Assembly (NCBI GenBank): GCA_030754595.1
Contig: JASLZZ010000102.1
Span: forward strand, 1 to 49,997
Reading direction: 5' to 3'
Source: Nitrospinota bacterium
GTDB lineage: Bacteria > UBA8248
DNA: 49,997 nt
Each line of letters begins with the position of its first letter. Positions within the stretch are counted from its first letter, which is position 1. A program made the position numbers and the translations under genes. Positions 39,150-48,221 of this stretch are shown here, piece after piece. The notes under the pieces were generated by a model, which saw nothing but the letters and a program-made list of their open reading frames with translations, was not told where the DNA came from and made no database searches.

Positions 39150-39362
39150 ATGTTCCCGGTATTGGGATTTCAAGAACTCCTCGTTATTCTCCTGATTTGT
39201 GTGTTGGTTTTCGGCGCAAAGAAATTGCCCGAGATTGGCTCCGGCTTGGCCAAGGGGATCAAGAGCTTCAAGAAAGGGCTCTCGATCGAGAGCGATGAGT
39301 TGCCCGAGAAGAAGGAAGAGCCCGTGGCCACGGCCAAGCCGGTCGACGGAGATCAGGCCTAG
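39150..39362 (+). CDS. tatA: Twin-arginine translocase TatA/TatE subunit
   Basis: [34 protein letters not shown]. Confidence 0.93.
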   Translation: MFPVLGFQELLVILLICVLVFGAKKLPEIGSGLAKGIKSFKKGLSIESDELPEKKEEPVATAKPVDGDQA

Positions 39363-39400
39363 GCCGGTCCGAAATGCGAGACGAATTACCAGAAGCACCA

Positions 39401-39508
39401 GCCTCCGAGCGTGGCCGCTCTAAGACGCCGTTCGAACATCGGCGTTAAGGGCCCGCGCCGATGGGTTGCGCCGGAAACGGCGCGGCCTCCCGGATTTGGA
39501 AAGGAGCG
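39401..39508 (+). ncRNA. Moco RNA motif riboswitch lacking P3 (Tuco-type)
   Basis: CTCCGAGC...CTAAG...TAAGG, a GAAA-capped hairpin (gcgccg-gaaa-cggcgc) and CCTCCCGGATTTGGAAAGGAG match the Moco motif consensus; lies upstream of moeA-moeA-moaA. Confidence 0.88.
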
Positions 39509-39576
39509 CTGGGTCGGCGGCATCGCCGGAAGCCGTTTGGTGCTATTCGGTGCCTGTTGGAAGTTGGGCGGATGCC

Positions 39577-39610
39577 AAGCCAGCCCCGCGGCAGCGGTGG
39601 CTGGTTTTTT
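39577..39610 (+). terminator. Intrinsic terminator in the riboswitch leader
   Basis: gccagcc-ccgc-GGCA-gcgg-t-ggctggt stem-loop followed by T6, 45 nt before the moeA ATG. Confidence 0.7.
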
Positions 39611-39654
39611 CGTTTGTAGCCGGATCTCTTGAAGAAAGCGACTGGAACCGGAGA

Positions 39655-40896
39655 ATGGAATTTTTTAAGGTTGTATCGCCGGAGGATGCCCGCGAGGCGG
39701 TGCGGGGTTTTTCGCCCCTCCCGGCCGAGGAGATTCCATCGTTTGACGCCGTGGGCCGCGTGTTGGCCGAGGACGTGGCGAGCCCGGTGGATCTTCCGGA
39801 GTTCCCTCGCTCGACGATGGATGGCTACGCCGTCCGCGCTGCGGACACCTTCGGTGCGAGCGAGTCGATCCCCGCCTACCTCGACATTGCTGGTTACGTT
39901 CCGATGGGCTCGGCGCCGGATTTCAAGGTGGGCGGCGGCCAGGCGGCGCGGATCAACACGGGGGGAATGATGCCCGCCGGGTCGGACGCCGTTGTGATGG
40001 ACGAGTACACGACCGCGCCCGACGAGAGGACGGTCGAGATCAGGCGGCCCGGTGCGGTGGGCGAGAATGTTCTCTGCGTGGGCGACGACCTCAAGGCGGG
40101 TGAGCGTATATTGCCGGAGGGCTCCCGGCTCAGGAGCCATGATATCGGCGCCTTCTCGGGGGTGGGGATCACCGCAGTCAAGGTTCGCCGCCGGCCCCTG
40201 GTGGCGATTCTCCCGACGGGGGACGAACTGGTCGATCCGCGCGAGGTGCCTGCCCCGGGCCAGGTTCGGGACATCAACCGCTTCTCACTCGCCGCCGCCG
40301 TGGTTGAGTTGGGAGGTGTTCCCGAGACCGATGATATTCTTCCGGACGATCTCGTCGCCATCAAGAGCCGCCTCGGCGAGGCTGTGGAGCGCGCCGATGT
40401 AGTGCTGATCTCGGGGGGTAGTTCGATGGGGATGCGCGACTATGCGGTTGAGGCCATCGACTCGCTCGGGGAGCCGGGGGTGCTCGTCCACGGGATTTCC
40501 ATCAAGCCGGGCAAGCCCACCATCATCGGCCGCGTTCGGCGCGGGGATGTCGATAAGGCTGTGGTCGGAATTCCGGGACACCCGGTTTCGGCGCTGATGA
40601 TTTTTCACGCGTTCGTCAGGCCCATCCTCCGCCAGTTGAGCGGTGAGATCGGCTCGGATTTTGGAAGAGAGGCGGGAGTCTCGGCCACCCTCGGGAGAAA
40701 CCTCCCCTCCGCGCCGGGCAGGGAAGATCTGATCCGCGTCCGGCTCGAACGGGGGGAGGAGGGAATTATCGCCCACCCGCTCATGGGCAACTCGGCCATG
40801 ATTTCGACGATGACGAAAGCGGACGGATACATCACTATCCCTCTCGAAAACGAAGGAATCAGGGCGGGCGCCGAAGTGCGCGTCACGCTTTACTGA
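39655..40896 (+). CDS. moeA: Molybdopterin molybdotransferase MoeA
   Basis: STMDGYAV, TGDEL, SGGSSMG, KPGKP, GIPGHPVS. Confidence 0.93.
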   Translation: MEFFKVVSPEDAREAVRGFSPLPAEEIPSFDAVGRVLAEDVASPVDLPEFPRSTMDGYAVRAADTFGASESIPAYLDIAGYVPMGSAPDFKVGGGQAARINTGGMMPAGSDAVVMDEYTTAPDERTVEIRRPGAVGENVLCVGDDLKAGERILPEGSRLRSHDIGAFSGVGITAVKVRRRPLVAILPTGDELVDPREVPAPGQVRDINRFSLAAAVVELGGVPETDDILPDDLVAIKSRLGEAVERADVVLISGGSSMGMRDYAVEAIDSLGEPGVLVHGISIKPGKPTIIGRVRRGDVDKAVVGIPGHPVSALMIFHAFVRPILRQLSGEIGSDFGREAGVSATLGRNLPSAPGREDLIRVRLERGEEGIIAHPLMGNSAMISTMTKADGYITIPLENEGIRAGAEVRVTLY

Positions 40897-40922
40897 TTCC
40901 GCTGACCGGGGATTTGCAGAAG

Positions 40923-42884
40923 ATGAGCGATACCGCCCTCCCCCTTTCGGGGAGAAATATTTATCTCGAGAACATCGCCCGGGGGAAGGCGCTCGGCCGC
41001 CTGCTTGAGAATGTGGGTCCGGCCGCCTCCCTTGCCTCCGAGACGGTCCCCGTCGCCGGGGCGCTCGGGCGAATCACGGCGGCCCCCGTTTACGCGGCGA
41101 TATCGAGCCCGCATTTTCACGCCTCGGCGATGGACGGCTTCGCGATTCGCGCGGAAAAATCCTTCGGCGCCTCGGCGATTGAGCCCCGGGCCCTCACGAT
41201 TGGGGTGGACGCCTTTCCCGTCGATACGGGCGATCCGCTCCCCGAGGGAACCGACGCGGTGATCATGGTCGAGGTGGTCAACGAGATCGACTCCGAGACC
41301 ATCGAGATCGAGGCGGCGGTCGCCCCCTGGAACCACATTCGCGTGGCGGGGGAGGATGTGGTCGAGGGCGAGCTCCTTGTTCCGCCTGGCCACCGGCTTC
41401 GGCCCTACGATCTGGGCGGAATACTCGCGGCGGGGGTCACCGGGATATCGGTGCGGAAGCTTCCGGTCGTGGCCATCATCCCCACGGGCGATGAACTGGT
41501 TGCGCCGGGGGGAAACCTCAAGCCGGGCGACCTGATCGAGTTCAACTCGGTTATCATGTCGGCACAGGTCACCGAGTGGGGCGGGGAGCCCTATGTCTAT
41601 CCCATAGTTGAGGACCGCCTCGCCGCCATCGAGGAGGCCGCGCGCGACGCCCTCGAGCGGGCGGATATTGTTTTGATGAACGCTGGCTCCTCGGCCGGCC
41701 GCGAGGACTTCACTTCGGCCGTTGTGAAAAATCTGGGTGAGCTTCTCGTCCACGGCGTGGCGATCTTTCCGGGTAAACCGACGATTTTGGGCGTGGGCAA
41801 TAGCGCCTCGGGCCGGGCTAAACCCCTCATCGGGATTCCAGGCTACCCGGTTTCGGCGGTGCTTGCTCTCCAGGAGTTCGTCCGCCCGCTGATGGCCCAT
41901 CTGGTAGGTTCCCCCGACCGGGAGTATGAGAGCGCTCCCGCCGTGATGAGTCGAAAAAGCGCTTCCCGGCCGGGGATGGAGGAGTTCCTTCGGGTGAAGC
42001 TCGGAGAAGTCGGAGGGCGGCTGATCGCGCTTCCCGCCAAACGGGGAGCAAGCGTGATCAGCAGTCTCGTCGGGGCCGACGCCATGGTCCGCATCCCACC
42101 GAGTTCCGAGGGAGTCGAGGCGGGAGAGGAAGTGAGGGTCGAACTCCTCCGCCCGCTCAGCGAGGTGCGGGGCAATATCCTCATGGCGGGAAGCCATGAC
42201 AACGCTCTCGATCTCCTGGCGAGCCGGGTGAAGGAACGGCATCGGGCGGTGAGCCTGTCCACCTCGGCGGTGGGCTCGATGGCGGGCCTTATCGCCGTGA
42301 GGGGCGGGGAAGCCCATGTGGCGGGCAGCCACCTTCTCGACCCCGCCACGGGCGGGTACAACTGGAGCTATATCCGCCGCTACCTGAAAGGGCGGGAGGT
42401 GGTTGTCGTCAATTTTGTCCAGCGCGAGCAGGGAATCTTCCTCCCGCCGGGGAATCCCAAGGGGATCGCCTCGGTCGCGGACCTGGCGCGCGATGACGTA
42501 ACCATCGCAAACCGGCAGAGCGGGGCGGGCACCCGCGTTTTGCTGGATCATCTTCTCGCCGAGGCCGGGATTTCGCCCGCCAAGGTGAACGGCTACGGGA
42601 GCGTCGAGACGACGCATGTGGCCTTGGCGATGGCCGTCGCCTCCGGGCGGGCGGACGCCGGTCTCGGAATTTTCGCCGCCGCGAAGCTCCTTGGGCTCGA
42701 GTTCGTATCGCTGGTTTGGGAGCGGTTTGATTTTATCTTCCCGGCCGAGTACTGGGAGATTTCCTCCATACAACAGTTGATCGAGGTGCTTCGGGAGCCC
42801 TCCTTCGCCAATAGTGTCGAGGCGCTGGGTGGCTACAAAACGGACCTGACCGGGCGGGTGCTCACGCCGCCCGAGGATTCATAA
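40923..42884 (+). CDS. moeA: MoeA fused to a C-terminal periplasmic-binding (PBP) domain
   Basis: SAMDGFA, AGSSAGRED, PGYPVS, then GSHD...VGSMAGL...NRQSGAGTR PBP domain. Confidence 0.9.
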   Translation: MSDTALPLSGRNIYLENIARGKALGRLLENVGPAASLASETVPVAGALGRITAAPVYAAISSPHFHASAMDGFAIRAEKSFGASAIEPRALTIGVDAFPVDTGDPLPEGTDAVIMVEVVNEIDSETIEIEAAVAPWNHIRVAGEDVVEGELLVPPGHRLRPYDLGGILAAGVTGISVRKLPVVAIIPTGDELVAPGGNLKPGDLIEFNSVIMSAQVTEWGGEPYVYPIVEDRLAAIEEAARDALERADIVLMNAGSSAGREDFTSAVVKNLGELLVHGVAIFPGKPTILGVGNSASGRAKPLIGIPGYPVSAVLALQEFVRPLMAHLVGSPDREYESAPAVMSRKSASRPGMEEFLRVKLGEVGGRLIALPAKRGASVISSLVGADAMVRIPPSSEGVEAGEEVRVELLRPLSEVRGNILMAGSHDNALDLLASRVKERHRAVSLSTSAVGSMAGLIAVRGGEAHVAGSHLLDPATGGYNWSYIRRYLKGREVVVVNFVQREQGIFLPPGNPKGIASVADLARDDVTIANRQSGAGTRVLLDHLLAEAGISPAKVNGYGSVETTHVALAMAVASGRADAGLGIFAAAKLLGLEFVSLVWERFDFIFPAEYWEISSIQQLIEVLREPSFANSVEALGGYKTDLTGRVLTPPEDS

Positions 42885-42897
42885 AAGGAGCGATTGA

Positions 42898-43881
42898 ATG
42901 CCACTCATCGATAACTACCGGCGGGTGCACGACGATCTGCGGATCTCGGTGACCGACCGGTGTAATTTCAGATGTTTTTATTGCATGCCCGAGGGGGGTA
43001 TGAATTTTCTTCCACAAGAGGAAATCCTCGCCTACGAGGAGATGGCGCGGGTTGTCCGGATCACGGCCGAACTTGGATTCGTGAGCTATCACCTGACCGG
43101 GGGAGAGCCCCTGGTTAGAAAAAACCTGGACGTCCTGATCCGCAAGATGCTCGAAATCCAGCCGGACATGGATCTGGCGCTGACCACGAACGGGGTGTTC
43201 CTTCCCGAGATGGCGCAGCAGCTCTACGACGCCGGGCTCCGCCGGGTGAACATCAGCCTCGATTCGCTCGATGAGGGCAAGTTCCTGCTGATGACGCGCC
43301 GCAACCTGCTCGGCCGGGTGATGGAAGGAATCGATGCGGCTTCCAAGGTGGGTTTCAACCCGATCAAGATCAATGCGGTGGCGATAAAAAATCTGACAGA
43401 AGAGGAACTCCCCCGCTTCGCAAAGTGGGCGCGCGAAACAGGTCATATCGTGCGCTTCATCGAGTACATGCCGCTCGATGCCGATAAGACCTGGGACCGC
43501 GAGAAAGTGATGAGCGCCGAGGAGATTCTCGAGGGCTTGTCGTCCGAGGGCGATCTTGAGTTGATCAGCGGGCACCCATCCGACCCTGCAACGCGCTACC
43601 GCTACAAGGACGGAAAGGGGGAGGTGGGCGTCATCGCTTCGGTGACCCGGCCGTTTTGCGAGGATTGCAACCGGATCCGCCTGACGGCGGAAGGAGAGAT
43701 CCGGACCTGTCTATTTTCGGCCGTTGAGCACAACATCAAGTCCCTGCTTCGGGGGAAGGCTTCAGACGATGAGATCAAGGAGTGGCTCGCCGAGGTGGTC
43801 CGGACGAAAACGCCCGGCCATCTCATCGGGCAAAAGGAATTCGTCCGACCCAGCCGAACGATGAGTTCGATAGGTGGATGA
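42898..43881 (+). CDS. moaA: GTP 3',8-cyclase MoaA
   Basis: LRISVTDRCNFRCFYCMP, FCEDCNRIRLT...CL, C-terminal MSSIGG. Confidence 0.96.
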   Translation: MPLIDNYRRVHDDLRISVTDRCNFRCFYCMPEGGMNFLPQEEILAYEEMARVVRITAELGFVSYHLTGGEPLVRKNLDVLIRKMLEIQPDMDLALTTNGVFLPEMAQQLYDAGLRRVNISLDSLDEGKFLLMTRRNLLGRVMEGIDAASKVGFNPIKINAVAIKNLTEEELPRFAKWARETGHIVRFIEYMPLDADKTWDREKVMSAEEILEGLSSEGDLELISGHPSDPATRYRYKDGKGEVGVIASVTRPFCEDCNRIRLTAEGEIRTCLFSAVEHNIKSLLRGKASDDEIKEWLAEVVRTKTPGHLIGQKEFVRPSRTMSSIGG

Positions 43882-44147
43882 AGCTTTTTGCGATACCGGA
43901 TAATGTTCTTCTTTTTTTTAAATAAACACACAAAAACGGAACCTGCCCCCCCGCCTCCCGGTAGGGCTCCGGTGGTGGGGAGAGGTTGGGGCTGATTATC
44001 TTATTGTCGGAAAATTCAATTTTGCCCCGGAATAAGAACATCCTTTTCGCCAACGGCTCTTCGGTTTCCCTTCTACGGCTGGCATCCACCCATAAAGACT
44101 CGTAAGATTCGCCTGACTTAAATTAAATTGGCCTTGGGAGAGAAGTC

Positions 44148-44906
44148 ATGGCGAGCAACGCCGGGAAAAAAGACGGGTCCGGCATCGGTCCATTAATCCG
44201 ATCAGACGGCCGGATGCCGGACGAGTGCCGCGAGATCAAAGTGCATGCCGACTACATCCAGACGGCGCTGGGAAGTTGCCTTTTCGAGATGGGCAACACG
44301 CGGGTGCTGTGCACGGCCACGACCGAGGATTCGGTTCCTCCGCACAAGAGGGGCTCGGGTGAGGGCTGGGTGACGGCGGAGTATTCCATGCTTCCGGGTA
44401 GCGGGACCTCCAGGGTGCCCCGTTCTAGGTCGAGGTCCGGCCGGACGATGGAGATTCAGCGTCTCATCGGCCGTTCGATGCGCGCCGTGGTGGACCTGTC
44501 CCTTCTCGGCGAGCGGACGCTGTATATCGACTGCGATGTTCTCCAGGCCGACGGGGGAACGCGGTGCGCCTCGATAACGGGAGGGTATCTGGCGGTTTGC
44601 CGGGCGGTGGATACGCTGATGAAGACGGGGGGGTTGGAGAAATCCCCCCTGATCGGGTCCGTCGCGGCCGTGAGTGTTGGGATCATCGGAACGACACCGA
44701 TTCTCGATCTCGACTACGGCGAGGATGTCGAGGCTGATGTGGATATGAATGTCGTTATGACGGGGCAGGGCCGCTTCGTTGAAGTTCAGGGAACGGCCGA
44801 GGGCGAACCTTTTAAAAAATCCGAGATGAACAAGATGATTGCGCTGGCGGAGAAGGGGATCAATCAACTCTTCGAGATTCAAGCCCGCCACCTCGACGGT
44901 TCCTGA
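44148..44906 (+). CDS. rph: Ribonuclease PH
   Basis: GWVTAEYSMLP, EIQRLIGR, DCDVLQADGGTRCASITG, EVQGTAE. Confidence 0.96.
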   Translation: MASNAGKKDGSGIGPLIRSDGRMPDECREIKVHADYIQTALGSCLFEMGNTRVLCTATTEDSVPPHKRGSGEGWVTAEYSMLPGSGTSRVPRSRSRSGRTMEIQRLIGRSMRAVVDLSLLGERTLYIDCDVLQADGGTRCASITGGYLAVCRAVDTLMKTGGLEKSPLIGSVAAVSVGIIGTTPILDLDYGEDVEADVDMNVVMTGQGRFVEVQGTAEGEPFKKSEMNKMIALAEKGINQLFEIQARHLDGS

Positions 44907-44920
44907 GGTTTCGGCGCGGC

Positions 44921-45514
44921 ATGAAAATTGTTTTTGCCACCCGAAATGCCGGCAAGGCCCGCGAACTCAGGCTCGAACTCGAAGGTCTCCCGATTACCGC
45001 ACTCTCCCAGGACGAGGCTGGCGTCGAAGTCAATATTATCGAGGGTGGCGCCACCTATGCCGCGAATGCACTACTGAAAGCCGAGGCTGTTTCCAAGGCT
45101 ACAGGCCTTCCCGCCCTGGCGGACGATTCGGGTATTGAGGTCGAAGCGCTCCCCGGCGAACTCGGCGTTCTATCCGCCCGGTTCGGCGGCGAAGGTCTCG
45201 ATGACACAGGGCGGAACCGACTTCTCCTCGAGCGTCTTGAAGGCGTGGCGGATATCCGGCGCGGGGCTCGTTATGTTTGTGTCCTGGCGTTTTGCAGGGC
45301 CGGCCGGGAGGCTGTTTTTTTCGAGGGGGTGATGTCCGGGCGGGTGCTGAAGGCGCCCCGGGGTGAAGGGGGTTTCGGATACGACCCGATCATGTATCTT
45401 CCCGGACGGGGGTGTAGCGTCGCCGAACTTGATCCGGAGACCAAAAATCGGATCAGCCACCGGGGATTGGCGCTCGCGGCGTTCCGGGAGTGGATTGCCG
45501 CCAATCTCGAATAA
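44921..45514 (+). CDS. rdgB: Non-canonical purine NTP pyrophosphatase (RdgB/HAM1)
   Basis: ATRNAGK, ADDSG, GFGYDP, KNRISHR; follows rph as usual. Confidence 0.95.
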   Translation: MKIVFATRNAGKARELRLELEGLPITALSQDEAGVEVNIIEGGATYAANALLKAEAVSKATGLPALADDSGIEVEALPGELGVLSARFGGEGLDDTGRNRLLLERLEGVADIRRGARYVCVLAFCRAGREAVFFEGVMSGRVLKAPRGEGGFGYDPIMYLPGRGCSVAELDPETKNRISHRGLALAAFREWIAANLE

Positions 45515-45573
45515 ACGATGGATGAGCGAATGAATAGACTTGTTCGCTCTTTTTCTTGTTAAGGGGGTTTTTA

Positions 45574-46242
45574 ATGTCCAGGGTAAGCCAGGTCGGACTT
45601 GAGGAAGCCGAGGGCGAAACCGACCGTCTCTATGGGGCGGCGACGCAGATGTTGGGCCGAGTTCCGCATTCGTTCCGGGTGTTGGGAAACGTTCCGCTCT
45701 TGGGGAGGATGTTGCTCTTGTTTAACGCGACCATGCAGCGGGAAGGGGCGGGGAGCGTCCTCTCGTGCAAGATAAAAGAAATGGCCGTCATCAAGACGAG
45801 TCAGATAAACTCTTGTAGCTACTGACTGACTCACAACTTGTCGCTTGGTCAAGCGGCGGGAATCACCGAAGAGCAGATCGCGGCCATCGAATCGGACGAT
45901 TATATGAGATCGTCCCTTCTTTCGGGCCGGGAGAAAGCGGCTGTCTTATGGGCGGAGCATGTCACCCGGAACACGGCCCGCGATCGCGACGATATTTTTG
46001 AGACGGTTAAAAAGGAGTTTACCCAAAACGAGTTGATAGAGCTCACTATGATGAGTTGCCTGTTCAACTCCTGGAACCGGTTCATGGATTCTCTCCATAT
46101 GCCGATTGAGGAACAGGGCGAGGTGGACAAGATTCGGAAGTCGGTTTATCTCGATCCCGCCAAACTGAAAAATTATATTCAGGAAATGATCGACAATTGG
46201 CCCGATGAATTTCCCGAGCCCGATGGCCAGGCGCTCAGTTAA
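45574..46242 (+). CDS. AhpD/carboxymuconolactone decarboxylase-like selenoprotein (Sec at UGA 45823-45825, CSYU)
   Basis: Two same-frame ORFs join through TGA to give KEMAVIKTSQINSCSY-U-LTHN, the AhpD CxxC-x-x-H motif; SECIS-like hairpin downstream; selC in the same window. Confidence 0.88.
45838..45859 (+). promoter_or_regulatory. Candidate bacterial SECIS hairpin
   Basis: ttgtcgctt-GGTC-aagcggcgg; the G-initiated apical loop starts 21 nt after the UGA. Confidence 0.7.
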
Positions 46243-46360
46243 TGTCTCGCATCGGGCTCTTGTCTAGGCCTATGAGAAACGTCCCTGAATTTTCAGGGGC
46301 ATTTTTTTGTAACAAGGTTTCGCGCCGGACCTCCGGCTTTGCTTTTCTAGCGTAGGGAAG

Positions 46361-46659
46361 TTATTCCGCAGCCGGGTCAGGATGATAGGCTGGTCCCGCT
46401 TCTCCAAGGCATTGTTGTGCGCAATTTTTCTTTTTGGGCCATCGGGCGCAATCCCGACGAAAAGCTTGGGCTCGCCGATCAAGGAAGTCCACATCGCCCG
46501 GATTGGATCAATCTGCACTGCCGTTTTCACCCCCGTTTCGGGGCATGTGAGCGCAAGACGGTGGGTGTAGCGGTGATAAGCCGACCAGGGAATCGGCAGA
46601 AGAACACAAAGGAATCCCAGGGAGCACACCGTTCCGATCATTGGAAGTTCGTTGACCAT
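46361..46659 (-). pseudogene. Small membrane-anchored 4-Cys protein, frameshifted near 46452-46463
   Basis: TCPETG in frame 1; DCARWPKKKNCAQQCLG in a shifted frame ending at TAA 46361-46363, matching the neighbouring paralog. Confidence 0.7.
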
Positions 46660-46692
46660 ACAAGTCTCTTCCCAGTTAAAATAATGGGTTAC

Positions 46693-47022
46693 CTATCCGG
46701 ATTCGTTCTCTGGAATACGGGAGCCAATCTCCTCAAAGGAGCCGAATTCGTTCATTCCGTCAATGCACGCCTGTCCGCATCCCCGTCGTTCGGGCCACCG
46801 GGTGCATTTCTTAACTTGGATATCGGCCAGCCCGCTGGTCAGGACAGTATAGGTCGCGCGAGAGGTGTTGATATGGATCCAGGCGGTGCAGCCAGTTTCG
46901 GGGCACAGTCGTTTTAAACTGCCCGCGAGATTGTAGCAGGCTCGCGCGGCCCTTAACAGGGGCGGGCCGTAGGCGGCGGAGCTTAAAACGATCAGCAAAA
47001 CTCCGAGGATCAGGTAAATCAT
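46693..47022 (-). CDS. Small membrane-anchored Cys-motif protein (CPETG...CxRWP...CxQxC)
   Basis: N-terminal TM helix, LCPETG, KCTRWPERRGCGQAC; paralog of the adjacent gene. Confidence 0.75.
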   Translation of the reverse strand: MIYLILGVLLIVLSSAAYGPPLLRAARACYNLAGSLKRLCPETGCTAWIHINTSRATYTVLTSGLADIQVKKCTRWPERRGCGQACIDGMNEFGSFEEIGSRIPENESG

Positions 47023-47276
47023 GGTGTTGACCTTTCCTCTGGAGAAGCCGGCAAAAAATGCGCCAAAGGGAGAGGCCTTCTGGATTCAATATAGGCCTGC
47101 AAGGGTGTTAAGGCTCGCATTGGAGCCCCAAAACCGGGGCTCATCGATGAGTTGTTCGTGGGCGGGGGGGGGACCTATACTCTTCCGAACTTGATTTCGG
47201 ATGTGAGCTAATTCCACCCGGCGGCGACATTTGAAGCGCGGGCGGTTTGAATTTTCTGGAAGGGCGGGTTGACTCC

Positions 47277-48167
47277 ATGACAAATCTCCTTTTGGATGAA
47301 GTTTCGGAACAGGTCGCTTCGGGCCGCATCGCGGAAATATACGAAGACATCCGTCAGACGATACGCACCACGCAGGTGAGCTTTATTTACCGGACACTCG
47401 CGGTGCATGAGCGTTATTTTGCGGCTGCGTGGGAGGCGCTTCGGCCTAACGCGTCGATAACCTATTTTGAACGGTGCGCGGACAGCCTCCGCATGCGAAT
47501 GACGCCTCCCATGCCGGAGGATGTTCCCGATTTCGAGGAAGAACTCGATGAGGAGTATGGCTACAGCGAGGATCGAATAGTGGAAATCAACCGGATCCTC
47601 GATGTGTACAACTATAGCAACCCGAAAAATCTGATCCTCGTAGCCGCTCTCAGGGGGGCGCTGGGCGGAATGAAAATCGGCGGAGTTTCGCCCGGGTTTG
47701 ATGAAGACCTCAAACCTCTGTCGAGGGGAGCTTTCCCCGGGATGACCGCACCCGATCTTTTGGAGGGTGATGAAGCCGGAGAGGAAACCAGCGAGGTGTA
47801 TGAACGGATTCGGCGGGAAACGGGTTTCGGAGGGGTTCCCAGTATCTGGCGTGCACTGGCCCGGTATCCCGAACTGGTTTGCCGGGCATGGGATTTTGTC
47901 CGGGAAGAGCAGAAAAAAACCGGTTTTGATATCACCGTCAGCCTGTCTCAAGGCGCGGCGGGGGCCGCCGCCCAGGAATTTCCTTATCTCGTGGAACTCA
48001 CCCGTGAAAAAGTGGAAAAGCTGGGCATAATCGAAGACGAGATCAATCTAATCGAGAAAAAACTAGACCATTTTATCCGCCTCATACCGCAGACCAATGT
48101 GTCGATCCTGTTGGTGAAGGCGGCAATTGCGGGCGAGGGCAAGGTTCGGCGAAAACCCTTCGCCTAG
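47277..48167 (+). CDS. DehI (group I haloacid dehalogenase)-like protein with internal duplication
   Basis: Two repeats (EVSEQVASGRIAEIYEDIR...IYRTLA...AWEALRP and EAGEETSEVYERIR...IWRALARYP...AWDFVR) plus YSNPK. Confidence 0.65.
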   Translation: MTNLLLDEVSEQVASGRIAEIYEDIRQTIRTTQVSFIYRTLAVHERYFAAAWEALRPNASITYFERCADSLRMRMTPPMPEDVPDFEEELDEEYGYSEDRIVEINRILDVYNYSNPKNLILVAALRGALGGMKIGGVSPGFDEDLKPLSRGAFPGMTAPDLLEGDEAGEETSEVYERIRRETGFGGVPSIWRALARYPELVCRAWDFVREEQKKTGFDITVSLSQGAAGAAAQEFPYLVELTREKVEKLGIIEDEINLIEKKLDHFIRLIPQTNVSILLVKAAIAGEGKVRRKPFA

Positions 48168-48221
48168 TTTTTCGTTTCATGAAGTCGGTCCCGTATAAAT
48201 ATAGAGAATAGGAGCGGCTTC

